A DNA stretch of 64,000 bases, the filler included, from an uncultured bacterium (GTDB taxonomy: Bacteria > CAYJOG01): the NCBI GenBank assembly GCA_964371695.1. It is 17 parts of 17 records of this genome, joined end to end, with 100 filler letters (N's around TTAATTAATTAA, not from the genome) between each part and the next. Parts side by side here need not be neighbours in the genome. Positions count along the whole stretch, not along the records: positions 19,374 to 23,125 come from CAYJOG010000354.1; positions 23,226 to 26,962 come from CAYJOG010000355.1; positions 27,063 to 30,799 come from CAYJOG010000356.1; 14 more parts are not named here. The stretch is one strand, 5' to 3'. Below, one piece after another: positions 21,066 through 30,899 of the stretch (positions are counted from its first letter, which is position 1; every line of letters starts with the position of its first letter). The position numbers and the translations under genes were made by a program. Below the pieces are notes generated by a model that did no database searches, was not told where the DNA came from, and saw only the letters and a list, made by a program, of their open reading frames with translations.

Positions 21066-21655
21066 GCCGGGCCGTCCTGCCGGGTGGCCTGACCCAATGC
21101 GCCGCCGGGGTGAACCCGGCCAAAATCAGCGCGGCTGAAGTTTTTTTCCTGCGCCGCGAGAATCGCCAGCACGTCGCCCATCACCAGCGTGGCGGTGGTG
21201 CTGGTGGTGGGGGCCAGCCCCAGGGGATCGGCTTCTTCTGTAGAAGGCAACAGCAACGTGAGCTGGCAGTTCTGCACCAAGGCACTGTCCGCATTTTTGG
21301 TCACGGCCACGGCGCGGATGTTGTTGCGCTGGGCGAACTGGGCCACCGCCACCACCTCTGGCGTGCCGCCGCTGTTGCTGATGCAAAAAAGCAGGTCGTA
21401 TTCCCGCAGCAGGCCCAGGTCGCCGTGCAGCGCCTCGGCGGCGTGCAAAAAAACCGAGGCCGTGCCCAGACTGCTGAAGGTGGCCGCCCATTTTTGCCCC
21501 ACCAGTCCCGACTTGCCCAGGCCGCACACCACCACCCGACCACGGGTTTCGGCGATCAGTTTCACCACCGAGGTCCAGTCCCCGGCGGCAAGCCCCGCAA
21601 GCGCCCGCAGGCCCTCGGTTTCTTTCTCGATAATCTGCTGGGGAGTAAGCGCCAT
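21062..21655 (-). CDS. SIS-domain arabinose-5-phosphate isomerase (KdsD/KpsF/GutQ family) without CBS pair
   Basis: GLGKSG, EALHGDLG, ISNSG, LAPTTST, HPGGALG then ends. Confidence 0.88.
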   Translation of the reverse strand: MALTPQQIIEKETEGLRALAGLAAGDWTSVVKLIAETRGRVVVCGLGKSGLVGQKWAATFSSLGTASVFLHAAEALHGDLGLLREYDLLFCISNSGGTPEVVAVAQFAQRNNIRAVAVTKNADSALVQNCQLTLLLPSTEEADPLGLAPTTSTTATLVMGDVLAILAAQEKNFSRADFGRVHPGGALGQATRQDGPA

Positions 21656-21659
21656 GGGG

Positions 21660-22127
21660 TCAGGTTTTTTCCAGTCTGCCTTTAAGGTGCCTGCCCTTGA
21701 GTTTTTTCAATCGTTCGTCGTGGCGGGTTGCTGCGGGCAGCCGGGTGATGTCCACCACGGCGGCGATGAGCGGAAAATAATGGCTGGCGTGGGCTTGGGC
21801 CGGGGCAATGTACACCGTGGGCAGCTTTCTGTAAAAAGCCCCCAGGGCCGCGATGAACGCCCCGTAACCATCCCCCCACAAGGTGAGGGTTTCGGCGTCT
21901 GCAAGCCAGCTTTCCACGTGATCCTGAATGGATTCGTGCTCCGTAAAAGCCTCTTTGAGGTCGCCGTGATACACCACGTTGTCCATGGCCCCTGCCGAAA
22001 AACCTTTTGGCGGTTTGGCCGGGCCGATCCAGCACAGGCGGCTGCCGGCGCGGCTTTTCACCAGCGCCTGGGCGCTTTCATCCAGCGCCGAGCCGCTCGC
22101 GTCAATCACAATCAGGGGTTTAGCCAA
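21660..22127 (-). CDS. Short degenerate UDP-GlcNAc 2-epimerase (WecB)-like protein
   Basis: LWGDGYGAFIAALGAFYRKLPTVYI resembles WecB VHGDTTT..A.SLAAFY..IPVGHVE. Confidence 0.5.
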   Translation of the reverse strand: MAKPLIVIDASGSALDESAQALVKSRAGSRLCWIGPAKPPKGFSAGAMDNVVYHGDLKEAFTEHESIQDHVESWLADAETLTLWGDGYGAFIAALGAFYRKLPTVYIAPAQAHASHYFPLIAAVVDITRLPAATRHDERLKKLKGRHLKGRLEKT

Positions 22128-23125
22128 GTGTCACCCGTTTCATCACGCGATAAAGGGCATAAAGCACCGTGAGCAGCAAAATGAAGTACATCACCAGGGG
22201 CACACGGCTGCTGATGAACAACGACACCACGCCCAGAAAAATCGCCACGCCATACATCGCCAGGGCCACCTGTTTTTGCGTCAGGCCCCTGTCGAGCAGA
22301 CGGTGGTGAATGTGCTTGCGGTCGGCCACCGACACGCTTTTGCCGCTGAACAAACGGCGGATCACACTGAAGGTGCCATCCAGAATAGGAATGCCCAGCA
22401 CCACCACCGGCGTGATGAAGGCCACCAGCGTGGGGCCTTTCATGGCCCCCTGCACCGAAATGCAGGCCAGCGTGAAGCCCACGAACAGCGCGCCGCAATC
22501 GCCCATGAACACCCTGGCCGGAAAAAAGTTGTAGCGCAAAAACGCCACGCTCACGCCCACCAGGGCCGCCAGCATGTAGGCCAGCGAGTGCAGCCCTTTG
22601 TCCACGGCCAGCAGCAGCAGCACCAAAGCGCTGATGGCCGCCACGCCCCCTGCCAGGCCATCCACGCCGTCAATGAAGTTGAGCATGTTCGACAGACCCA
22701 CTGTCCACAAAAAGGTCAGCACAAACGACACAATGGGGAACTCCGCCCCCCCCGGCAGGGTCATGGTGGGCAAAATCACCAGATTGCCATCAAAACTGGT
22801 GATGTATTTCATGCCGATGCCAAACGACCACGCCACCAGAAAAGCCAGCATCTGGCCAGCCATCTTTTGAAAAGGCTTCAGGTCCAGCCAGTCGTCCAGA
22901 AACCCCACGCCGGTCATCACCAGTCCCCCCAGCAGAATCCCCAAGGTTTCACGGCCAAAAAAACCGAACACCTGCTGGGGCATGGGGGTGTAGAGCAGCA
23001 CACTCACGGTGAAGCCAAAACACAGGCTCAGGCCGCCGATGGTGGGGATGGGCACCTTGTGGATTTTGCGTTCACCGGGCTGGGCCAGGATGTTGTGGCG
23101 CGTGGCGAGGTCCATGACATAGGGC
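22120..23125 (-). CDS. MraY/WecA/TagO-family undecaprenyl-phosphate GlcNAc-1-P transferase, 5' truncated
   Basis: RKIH..P.P..GG, GFLDD, N..NFIDGVDGLA, NFFPARVFMGDCG, ADRKHIHHRL. Confidence 0.92.
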
Positions 23126-23337
23126 NNNNNNNNNNNNNNNNNNNNNNNNNNNNNNNNNNNNNNNNNNNNTTAATTAATTAANNNNNNNNNNNNNNNNNNN
23201 NNNNNNNNNNNNNNNNNNNNNNNNNGGCCGGGGATGAGCAGTAATTGGTGTTTTATTATTTGGGGTATAACCTGTTTGTGTAAAACGAGTTTTTCCCCGC
23301 CCCCCACACCACGTCATCCGCCGAAGGCGCTGCCGGG

Positions 23338-26300
23338 GTGGCCGCCCTGTTTGAAGGGGTGGAGGAAACCCCTCTGTTGCCTGAAGAAAACGCCCCCACG
23401 GTGGTGTTTGACCTGCCCCGGTCCCCCCCCCCGGCCCCCCAGGGAGCAGCGCCAACGGTGTTTGAAGAAACACCGCCCCCCGCCCCCATGGCGGAAGAAA
23501 CCTTCAGCCCCACCGTGGCTTTTGCGCCGCCGCCCCAGCCGCCCCCCGGGCCGCCGCCGGTGCATGAACCCCCGCTGGCGGAAATGGCCGATCTGTTTGG
23601 TCCGCCCAGCGGCTTTCCAGACGAAGCCGTGGAGGCGGACGCCACCGCCACGGTGGCTTTTGATCTGCCCCCAGCGGGGATGGCCATGACAGCGGCCCCC
23701 GCCGCACCAGCGCCGGACCCCATGGCGGACCTGATGTTCCCCCCCATGGAGCCTGCCTCTGCCGCGCCTGTTTTTGAGGCCCCGGCCCCCGCGCCGCCCG
23801 TGGAGACGCCCGCGCCGGATTTCAGTTTTGGCGGGGCGCTGGAAGAAGACGAACCCGGCACACCAACCTTTGCTGCGGCGGTTCCGCCGCCGGTGGTCGC
23901 GCCAGAGGAAGACTTCAGTTTTGGGGGGGCGCTGCCCGAAGACGATTTTCCACAGGCGGGGACGCCTGTGGCTACTTCTGTGGGGGCATCTGCCCCGCCA
24001 GGCCCCGCCATGGAGCTGACGCCGCCCCTTGAGGAAGACTTCAGTTTTGGCGGCGTGCTGGAAGAAGACGAACCGGGCACACCGGCTTTTGCTTCCGCCG
24101 CGCCGCCACCGGTTGTTGCGCCAGAGGAAGACTTCGGCTTTGGCGGAGCGCTGCCTGAAGATGATTTTCCACAGGCGGGGACGCCTGTGGCTACTTCTGC
24201 GGGGCTGCCCGTGCCTTCTTCGACAGAAACATCCACCGCCCCGGCCCCAAAGGCTGAGGCCGCCCCGCGCCACGGGGGCTTTGACATGGACGACCTGGGG
24301 CCGGACACGGGGTTCTCGTTTGGCGCGGCGGTTGAAGAAGAACAACCCCAGGCCGCGTCATCTGCGGCGGCGACGCCCGGCGGCGATGACCTGTTTGCCG
24401 ACGACCAGTACAGCTTTGGGGCCTCTGTGTCCGAGCCAACAGCAGAAGAAGACCTCCCCGGCCCGGCGGGCCTGAGTGGCGGCCCCCACGACGACGCGGG
24501 GCTGGACGTGGACATCAACATTGTGCAGGTGGTGGACCCCGCCCGGGCCACCGAGGTGAGCAAACAGCGGGCCGACGAAGTGATGGGCCGGGACATGGGG
24601 ATCGAGGAAAACTTCTGGGACGCTCCTGCTCAGGAAGACGAAGGTTTTGGTTTTGGCGCGTCTGCCGCCGAAACCGGAACCGCCGAAGAAACACCCGCCG
24701 CCGCACCGGGCGAAGAAGACGATTTCGCCGACATGTTCACCACCGGCGCGGTGCTCAAGCGGGGCGAAGCCGCCGCCCCGCTGCCTGCCGAAGAAGAAGC
24801 CCCCGGTCTGCAAAGTCTCTCGCCCACCCGCGACACCGAAGACGAGTTCACTTTTGGCGGAGGGGATGACCACGGCCTGGGTGAGAGTTATGACTTCAGT
24901 GGTGAAAAACCCGCCGTGAGCGCCCCCCAGGCAGAGGAGGACTTTTCTTTTGGGGGTGGCGACGAAGAAGAAATACCCGCGCCTGCGCCTGCCGCCGCCG
25001 CGCCGGTTCTGGACCTGGGGCAGACGCTGCCGGACACCAGCGGTGAAAACGATTTCCTGGCCTCGCTGGGTGTGGATTTTTCTGGCCCCGAAGACATCGG
25101 CGTGGCTCCCAAAACCGCCACGCAGGTTTTCACCACCCCCACCGAAAGCTGGGCCGCCATGCTGGACGACATGGCCCCGCCCCCCACGGGCAGCAAGGCC
25201 AGCGCCCCCTGGAAAGGCAAGACCAGCGTTTTTACCCCCGCCGAAATGGCCGCGCCGCCACCCGCTGCCGAAGAACCCGCGCTGGAGATTGAAACACCCG
25301 CCGAAAGCTCGGCCAGTGATTTTTCAATGGAAGACACGGGCTTGGGGCTGGCCGAGGCGGCGGGCGCGGACAGCATGGATTTTTCCATGCTGGACACGGG
25401 TCTGGACCTGTCTGCCGAAACCCCCGCCGCCTCGACTGGCGGCGAGATGGACTTTTTGTCGGACTCCGGCCTGGACCTGCCCAGCGAAACCGATTTTTCC
25501 AGCGCCGGCATGGAACTGGACGCAGGTCTGGACTTGGACCTGGACGCCCTGAGCACTGTGGGCGCGCCCATGGCGGAAATCGCGCCTGCCCCCGCCATCG
25601 CCATGCCCAGCGGCGCCGCGCCGGTGGGGCGCTCGGCGCTCAACCTGGGGGGCCATGAAGAAAACGAAGAAGCCCCCCCGGCTGAGTCAGAAGAAGGCGG
25701 TTATAACCAGACCCTGCGCTGGCTCAACCCCACAACCGACCAGCTTTCTCCCGGCAGCATCGTAGAGGTTCATGTGCGGGTGGACGACCTGTATGGCGTG
25801 GCGGTGGAAGGCGAAGCGCTCAGCGGCGAAATCGTGGACAAGGACACCGAGGGGCTGTCCTTTCTCACGCCGCAAAAACGTGAAGGCGTGCCACTGTATT
25901 TCACCGAGACCTATGCAGATTTCAGCGGCGCGGCGTCGTTCAACGTGGAACTGGGCAAAAGCAGCGGGGCCAACCGCATCAAGGTCAGCACCATGCACGC
26001 CGAGCCGCTCATCATCACCTTCAACACGGCGGGGCTTTCGGCGACCAAGCTGGTGATCACACCCAAGGGCGGTCTTGTGCCCGGCGGCCTCACCATGACG
26101 GCCAAGGCCACCGCGTATGATGCCAACAACAACCCGGTGGCGGATGTGCCGGTGACCTTTGTGGTGGTGGAACACGAGGGCGACCTGCCCACGTTCATCT
26201 CACCCATGGGGGGCCGCAGCAACGAACAGGGCGAGGTGTTCATCAAGTTCAAAATGCCTGACTCCCCCGGCAGCAGCCTGCGGCTGTCGGCCAAAACCCC

Positions 26301-26962
26301 GCAGATCACCGCCCTCTCGGTCACGCCCCTCATGGCCGAGGTCAAAGACAGCGGCGGCAGTGAGCCGGGCCGTTATGCCGATGAAACGTCTTCCTCCCGA
26401 AGCAGCGGCGGCGCAAAACCCAACCCCCTGGCGGTGCTGGCGGGTGTGGCGGGCAAACTCAAAGCCCTGTTGCCCCGCAAAAAAATTGCGCTGCAAAGCC
26501 GGGAGGAAATGCTGCGACAGCAGGTGCAGCGCAAGCTCAACCCCACCGCCGGGTTGCAGGTGAAAACTGTGAAACGGCGCGTGAACACCCTGGCCATTCA
26601 ACAAAAAGTGGGGGCGTTGCTGGGGGTGGTGATTCTGCTGGGCGCCGTGGGCCTTGTGGGGCGGATGATTTATCAAAAAGCCATTTATCCCCTGGTGGTA
26701 CAAAACGGCATCACCCGCGCCATGGCCAAACAGGACTTCGCCAAGCTCGACGAACTGTACGGCAAAAAGAAAGCCCTCCTGGCCCGTGACAAAAACACGG
26801 ATCAGGCCAAGTGGGATGCCATGATTCTTGTCATCGGCAACAACCGTGTCACCTGGGCCAAGTCGCTTTATGGCCAGAACAACGCCGCCGAAGGGTCGCA
26901 GCGGGCCAATCAGGCCATCCTCGCCTACCTGGACGCCAGTTATTCCTCGCTGGGTCTTAAAC
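23338..26962 (+). CDS. Very large acidic Pro/Ala-rich protein with Ig-like (Big_1-like) domains and a C-proximal TM helix; both ends uncertain
   Basis: >1200 codons open; repeated EEDFSFG motifs; DANNNPVADVPVTF Big_1-like motif; hydrophobic LLGVVILLGAVGLVG. Confidence 0.7.
23818..24200 (+). repeat. In-frame internal duplication (period 219 nt) in the large acidic protein
   Basis: DFSFGG.LEEDEPGTP.FA..PPPVVAPEEDF.FGGALPEDDFPQAGTPVATS twice. Confidence 0.85.
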
Positions 26963-27061
26963 NNNNNNNNNNNNNNNNNNNNNNNNNNNNNNNNNNNNNN
27001 NNNNNNTTAATTAATTAANNNNNNNNNNNNNNNNNNNNNNNNNNNNNNNNNNNNNNNNNNN

Positions 27062-27270
27062 NTGGCCCGCACGTCTGATTCTCCCTCCTGCGCATCCATG
27101 AACTGGAACAGCGCCGGAAAGCTGGGGCAGTATTTGAAACACATGCGGCAGCCGTGGCAGATGTCGAACACCCGCTCCATTTCACCCTGCAGGGCCGACT
27201 TGTCCCAATAAAGGGGATTGTTGGGGTCATAGGTCATGCCGGGAGTGGGCAGGGCGCTGATGCGGCTCAT
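27062..27270 (-). CDS. Rubrerythrin-associated Fe-S oxidoreductase (GlpC/HdrD-like), N-terminal part
   Basis: ERVFDICHGCRMCFKYCPSFP ferredoxin motif; directly downstream of rubrerythrin. Confidence 0.85.
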
Positions 27271-27281
27271 GGAGGCTCCTT

Positions 27282-27312
27282 AAAAAAAGGGGGCGGCTTT
27301 TGGCCACCCCCG
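27282..27312 (-). terminator. Terminator-like hairpin between rubrerythrin and FeS oxidoreductase
   Basis: GGGGGTGGC-CAAAA-GCCGCCCCC-TTTTTT on the minus strand. Confidence 0.5.
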
Positions 27313-27333
27313 GTTGCGCGACAAAAGTGGTGG

Positions 27334-27753
27334 TTATTGAATGGACTTGAGGCCTTCACCAAAGCGGCCCGCGTGGGCTTTTTCGGCTTTGGCGAGGGTT
27401 TCAAACCAGTCGGCGATTTCGGGGAAGCCTTCTTCGCGGGCGGATTTGGCGAAACCGGGATACATCTCGGTGTATTCATAGGTTTCACCGGCGATAGCGG
27501 CTTTCAGGTTCAGCTCGGTGTCGCCGATGGGTTCGCCGGTGGCGGGGTCGCCCACCTGCCGAAGGTAATCGAGATGGCCGTGGGCATGGCCGGTTTCGCC
27601 CTCGGCGGTGTCGCGGAAAAGGCCCGCCACATCGGGATAACCCTCGATGTCGGCCTGTTTGGCGAAGTAAAGATAGCGGCGGTTGGCCTGGCTTTCGCCG
27701 GCGAACGCCTCCTTGAGATTGTCGAACGTTTTGGTGCCTTTCAGATCAGCCAT
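27334..27753 (-). CDS. rbr: Rubrerythrin (short form, no rubredoxin domain)
   Basis: [53 protein letters not shown]. Confidence 0.92.
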   Translation of the reverse strand: MADLKGTKTFDNLKEAFAGESQANRRYLYFAKQADIEGYPDVAGLFRDTAEGETGHAHGHLDYLRQVGDPATGEPIGDTELNLKAAIAGETYEYTEMYPGFAKSAREEGFPEIADWFETLAKAEKAHAGRFGEGLKSIQ

Positions 27754-28234
27754 GTGATCCTCCTTTTGTTTTTGGGGATTTGCCCCCCGGTTCCGAACAG
27801 GTGGCGCAGACACCGTGTATCAGCACGTCTACGCCGTGAATTTGCGCCCCCCTGAGCTGCTTGAGACGCCGCAGGGAGAAGTCGCCTTCCTGGGCGGGCA
27901 GATCCACGACCGCGCCACAGTGCTGGCAGGCGAAATGATGATGGTGGCTGGTGTTGGCGTCGTAACGCACGGGGCCTTTCAGCCCCGGCACTTCGCGCAC
28001 CAGTCCCAGTTCCACCAGCAGGTGAATATTTTTGTACACGGTGCCCACCGAGATGGAGGGCACCTGACGCTGGGCCAGAAGAAAGATGGTTTCGGCGGTG
28101 GGGTGTTCATCGGTGGCGGCGATGATCTGATAAACCACCTGCCGCTGATGAGACCGGTTCAGCCGGGTGTCCGTGCCCGCGCACACCTGCTCATAGTGGT
28201 CGAGGCGTTGATGTAACAGGGTGGGCGGAACCAT
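27746..28234 (-). CDS. perR: Fur-family peroxide-responsive repressor
   Basis: HPTAE, SVGTVYKNI, RYDAN..HHHF.C..CG, G.C..C; upstream of rbr. Confidence 0.82.
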   Translation of the reverse strand: MVPPTLLHQRLDHYEQVCAGTDTRLNRSHQRQVVYQIIAATDEHPTAETIFLLAQRQVPSISVGTVYKNIHLLVELGLVREVPGLKGPVRYDANTSHHHHFACQHCGAVVDLPAQEGDFSLRRLKQLRGAQIHGVDVLIHGVCATCSEPGGKSPKTKGGSHG

Positions 28235-28245
28235 GACTGACTCTT

Positions 28246-28281
28246 AATTAGGAATTATTCCTGATTTCTGAGTGGTGTCAA
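28246..28281 (-). promoter_or_regulatory. Promoter with overlapping Per/Fur-type operator
   Basis: TTGACA (28281-28276), 16 bp, AATAAT; palindrome AATTAGGAAT-T-ATTCCTGATT (28246-28266). Confidence 0.7.
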
Positions 28282-28311
28282 GGGAAAGCGGAAAGTTTCT
28301 GGCAAGCGAGG

Positions 28312-28585
28312 TCAGGGCATTTTCAGAAATGGCAGAGCAAGAAGTGGGCAGGTTTTGCACCTCTCCCCTTGAGGGAGAGGTCGGATGGATTGGCCTTTTT
28401 GGGCCAAACCATCCGGGTAATGGGTTCAAACAAAAAGCAAAAACATCTGGTTGGTTTTTTGTTTTTGGGTAAACCCCGGCACTGTCGTGCCGCTGGGCGC
28501 GCCCGGCAGCATCCATATGCTGCCGCATTCCCAAATGCCCTCCCGCGCCCATTACCCCAACCCTCTCCCTCAAGGGGAGAGGGGG
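28312..28585. repeat. Composite CCCTCTCCC/GGGAGAGG-type repeat element (copy A)
   Basis: Terminal hairpins CTCTCCCCTTGAGGGAGAGG; homologous to 62847-63115. Confidence 0.85.
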
Positions 28586-28638
28586 TGGCTTGTCAGGTAT
28601 TCGTCTCGAATTTGATCTCCATCAGTTCCGAAACTGCA

Positions 28639-30000
28639 CTATTTCGCTGCAGGCACGTCTTTGGCGAACTTCTCTTCGTCGAAAAAGTTCAGCAAAAAGC
28701 TCCACAGCCGGGCGGTGTTGGCCTGGGCGGCGTCGGGTGTCTGGGTGGAGGACTCGAAAATGGCGCGGATGGCCTGACCGGGCTTGAGATCGAACGACCG
28801 GCGGAAAGCCAGGGGATTGTGTCGCAGCGTCTGCTCAGCCCAGCCGTCGCGCCCGCGCACCACCAGATTGCCATAGGGCGCAGTGCCCAGTGCCATGCCG
28901 GCGGTCACGGTGTCGCCGGGTTTCAGGTCGGTGAGCACACCGTCATAGAGCAAGCTGTAGCCGTTTTCGTAATCCACCGCCACCAGCCACCAGGGGCGGA
29001 TGACAGCGCTCACCTGACCTTTGTCCAGGGCAGTGACCCGGCGGGAGGGTTTCATGGCGCGGGGGTTGGTGAACACCAGCCGGTCGCCCAGCACTTCCAG
29101 CGAGGCGTTTTCCATGGGCCAGTTGGCCGCCACGAAACCTGTCTGGTCGCCCGGGCGGGTAAATCGCCCCCCGACCTTCACAGAGCGTTGTGTGGAATAG
29201 AGAAAACCGGTGCCTTTTTCGTCCAGTTCCGGCACCACAAAAGAAACAGCCTGCATGCCCATGCGGCCCCCTTCGTCAAAGGGGCCCAGCAGCACCTGAA
29301 ACCGGAACCCCCGCTGAATACGCGACAGGTTCACCATGGGCACCGCCTCTTGCAGGGTCTGGATCAGATGGGGTGCGCCACCCGCCTTGAGCCACGCGGT
29401 GGAAAAGGAACCCCGGTCCACCAGTCCCTGCAGGTTGACGACGGGCACAAAGCGATTTTTCTTGAGCACCAGCCGCCAGCGGCGGCGGTTGTCGTCCTGC
29501 GCCTTGATGGCCACCAGTTGGCGGCTTGCGTCCCGCGCAATGGAAAACCAGGTGACCCGGCTGGTGTGGGGCGGCACAACCTCTTTTTGCCCTCCCTGAT
29601 AACGCATGAGATAACCTGATGACAGGCGGCGCACGGCCACCACCCGGCCTTTTTGCCGTTCCTCGGTTTGCAGTTTGGAAAGCGCGCTGCTCACCTTGCG
29701 GTGAAGTTTCCGCAGCAGTTCCAGCTTGGAGGATTCGGATTTGGTTTTGGTGGTGCCGGCTGGTTTGGGGGCCGGTTTTTTGACCGCAGGGAGTGGCTGC
29801 TGCACGGTGCAAAGCCCCGCCTGACACAGTTTGGAAAGTTCCTCTGGTGTGCCGCCCGACCGCAGGAACACCAGGGCGAAATCGCCGCTGGTGGCCATCT
29901 CCCGCTGCGAGAAAAAGACCTTTTCGCCAGCCGGAAAAGCCCCGGGGGCCATCAGCAAACCGGCTGAGAGCAGGGCGGCGGGAATGGCGCGGTATTTCAT
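28639..30000 (-). CDS. Exported protein with degenerate M23/LytM-like domain
   Basis: Signal peptide; V.A.DKG.V..LVAVDYENGYSLLY..LKPGDTVTAG.ALG pattern without HxxxD/HxH. Confidence 0.55.
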   Translation of the reverse strand: MKYRAIPAALLSAGLLMAPGAFPAGEKVFFSQREMATSGDFALVFLRSGGTPEELSKLCQAGLCTVQQPLPAVKKPAPKPAGTTKTKSESSKLELLRKLHRKVSSALSKLQTEERQKGRVVAVRRLSSGYLMRYQGGQKEVVPPHTSRVTWFSIARDASRQLVAIKAQDDNRRRWRLVLKKNRFVPVVNLQGLVDRGSFSTAWLKAGGAPHLIQTLQEAVPMVNLSRIQRGFRFQVLLGPFDEGGRMGMQAVSFVVPELDEKGTGFLYSTQRSVKVGGRFTRPGDQTGFVAANWPMENASLEVLGDRLVFTNPRAMKPSRRVTALDKGQVSAVIRPWWLVAVDYENGYSLLYDGVLTDLKPGDTVTAGMALGTAPYGNLVVRGRDGWAEQTLRHNPLAFRRSFDLKPGQAIRAIFESSTQTPDAAQANTARLWSFLLNFFDEEKFAKDVPAAK

Positions 30001-30799
30001 GGAATCACCAGTGGTTCTATGGGTTGGCCCTGAATTTTTTTCATGATGTAACCCACGATGGGGGCCACCACGCGCCCCCCGGCCAGGCCGTGTCCCATGG
30101 AAAGCTTCTGGTCAAAACCCACATACATCACGGCGATCATGGGGTTGGCGAGGGGCAGGGGATAGGGCGTGTGGGGGTCGTATTCGTAGTCCGGCGTGGG
30201 GTCGGGATATTGAAAGATGCCGTCAAACCATGCGTCGGTAAAACCATTGGTGGTGCCGGTTTTACCCGCCAGATAACCCTTGTAGCCAATCAGGCGGCGG
30301 ATGCGCGTGCCAGTGCCTGCGTTGGCGGCTTTTTCCAGGCAGCGGATCATCTGCTGGGCCGCCTGTGTGGAAAAAACCCGCCGCTGGGGAAACACCACCC
30401 GCTCCAGCACTTTGCCGTCGGGGTTTTCCAGTCGGCTGACGGCGGTGGGTTGCACATAGGTGCCGCCAGCCGCAATGGCCCCGAAAAGCCCGGCCATTTC
30501 CAGGGGGCTCACTTCGCTGGCCCCCAGGGCCATGGTGAGGTTGCGGGTAAACGGCCCGCGGAAACCCATTTTGTAGGCCGAGTCGGTGACGGCGCTGACG
30601 CCCACTTTGTCCAGCGCCCGCACGGCGGGCAGGTTGCGGCTCTGGGCAATGGCGTCCATCACGCTCATCACACCTTTGTAACCCCCGCCATAATTGCCCG
30701 GAGACCAGCCCCCCCAGTTGCCCGGAGAATCGGAAATGCGGTCTTCGGGGGTGAGGACGCCTTCGTTGAAAGCGGTGGTATAGATCATGGCCTTGAAGG
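29997..30799 (-). CDS. Class A penicillin-binding protein (PBP1A-like) transpeptidase domain, 5' truncated
   Basis: SRN motif, ALGASEVSPLEMA, GKTGTT..DAWF.G. Confidence 0.9.
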
Positions 30800-30899
30800 N
30801 NNNNNNNNNNNNNNNNNNNNNNNNNNNNNNNNNNNNNNNNNNNTTAATTAATTAANNNNNNNNNNNNNNNNNNNNNNNNNNNNNNNNNNNNNNNNNNNN

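Noticed and set aside
23818-24200. CRISPR-like repeated units
   Set aside because: In-frame coding duplication with synonymous variation; no unique spacers or cas genes in the window.
28369-29619. ORFs starting in intergenic repeats (also 62758-63156 and the 33816 N-terminal extension)
   Set aside because: Translations of repeat elements; shared peptide text reflects the DNA repeat, not a protein family.
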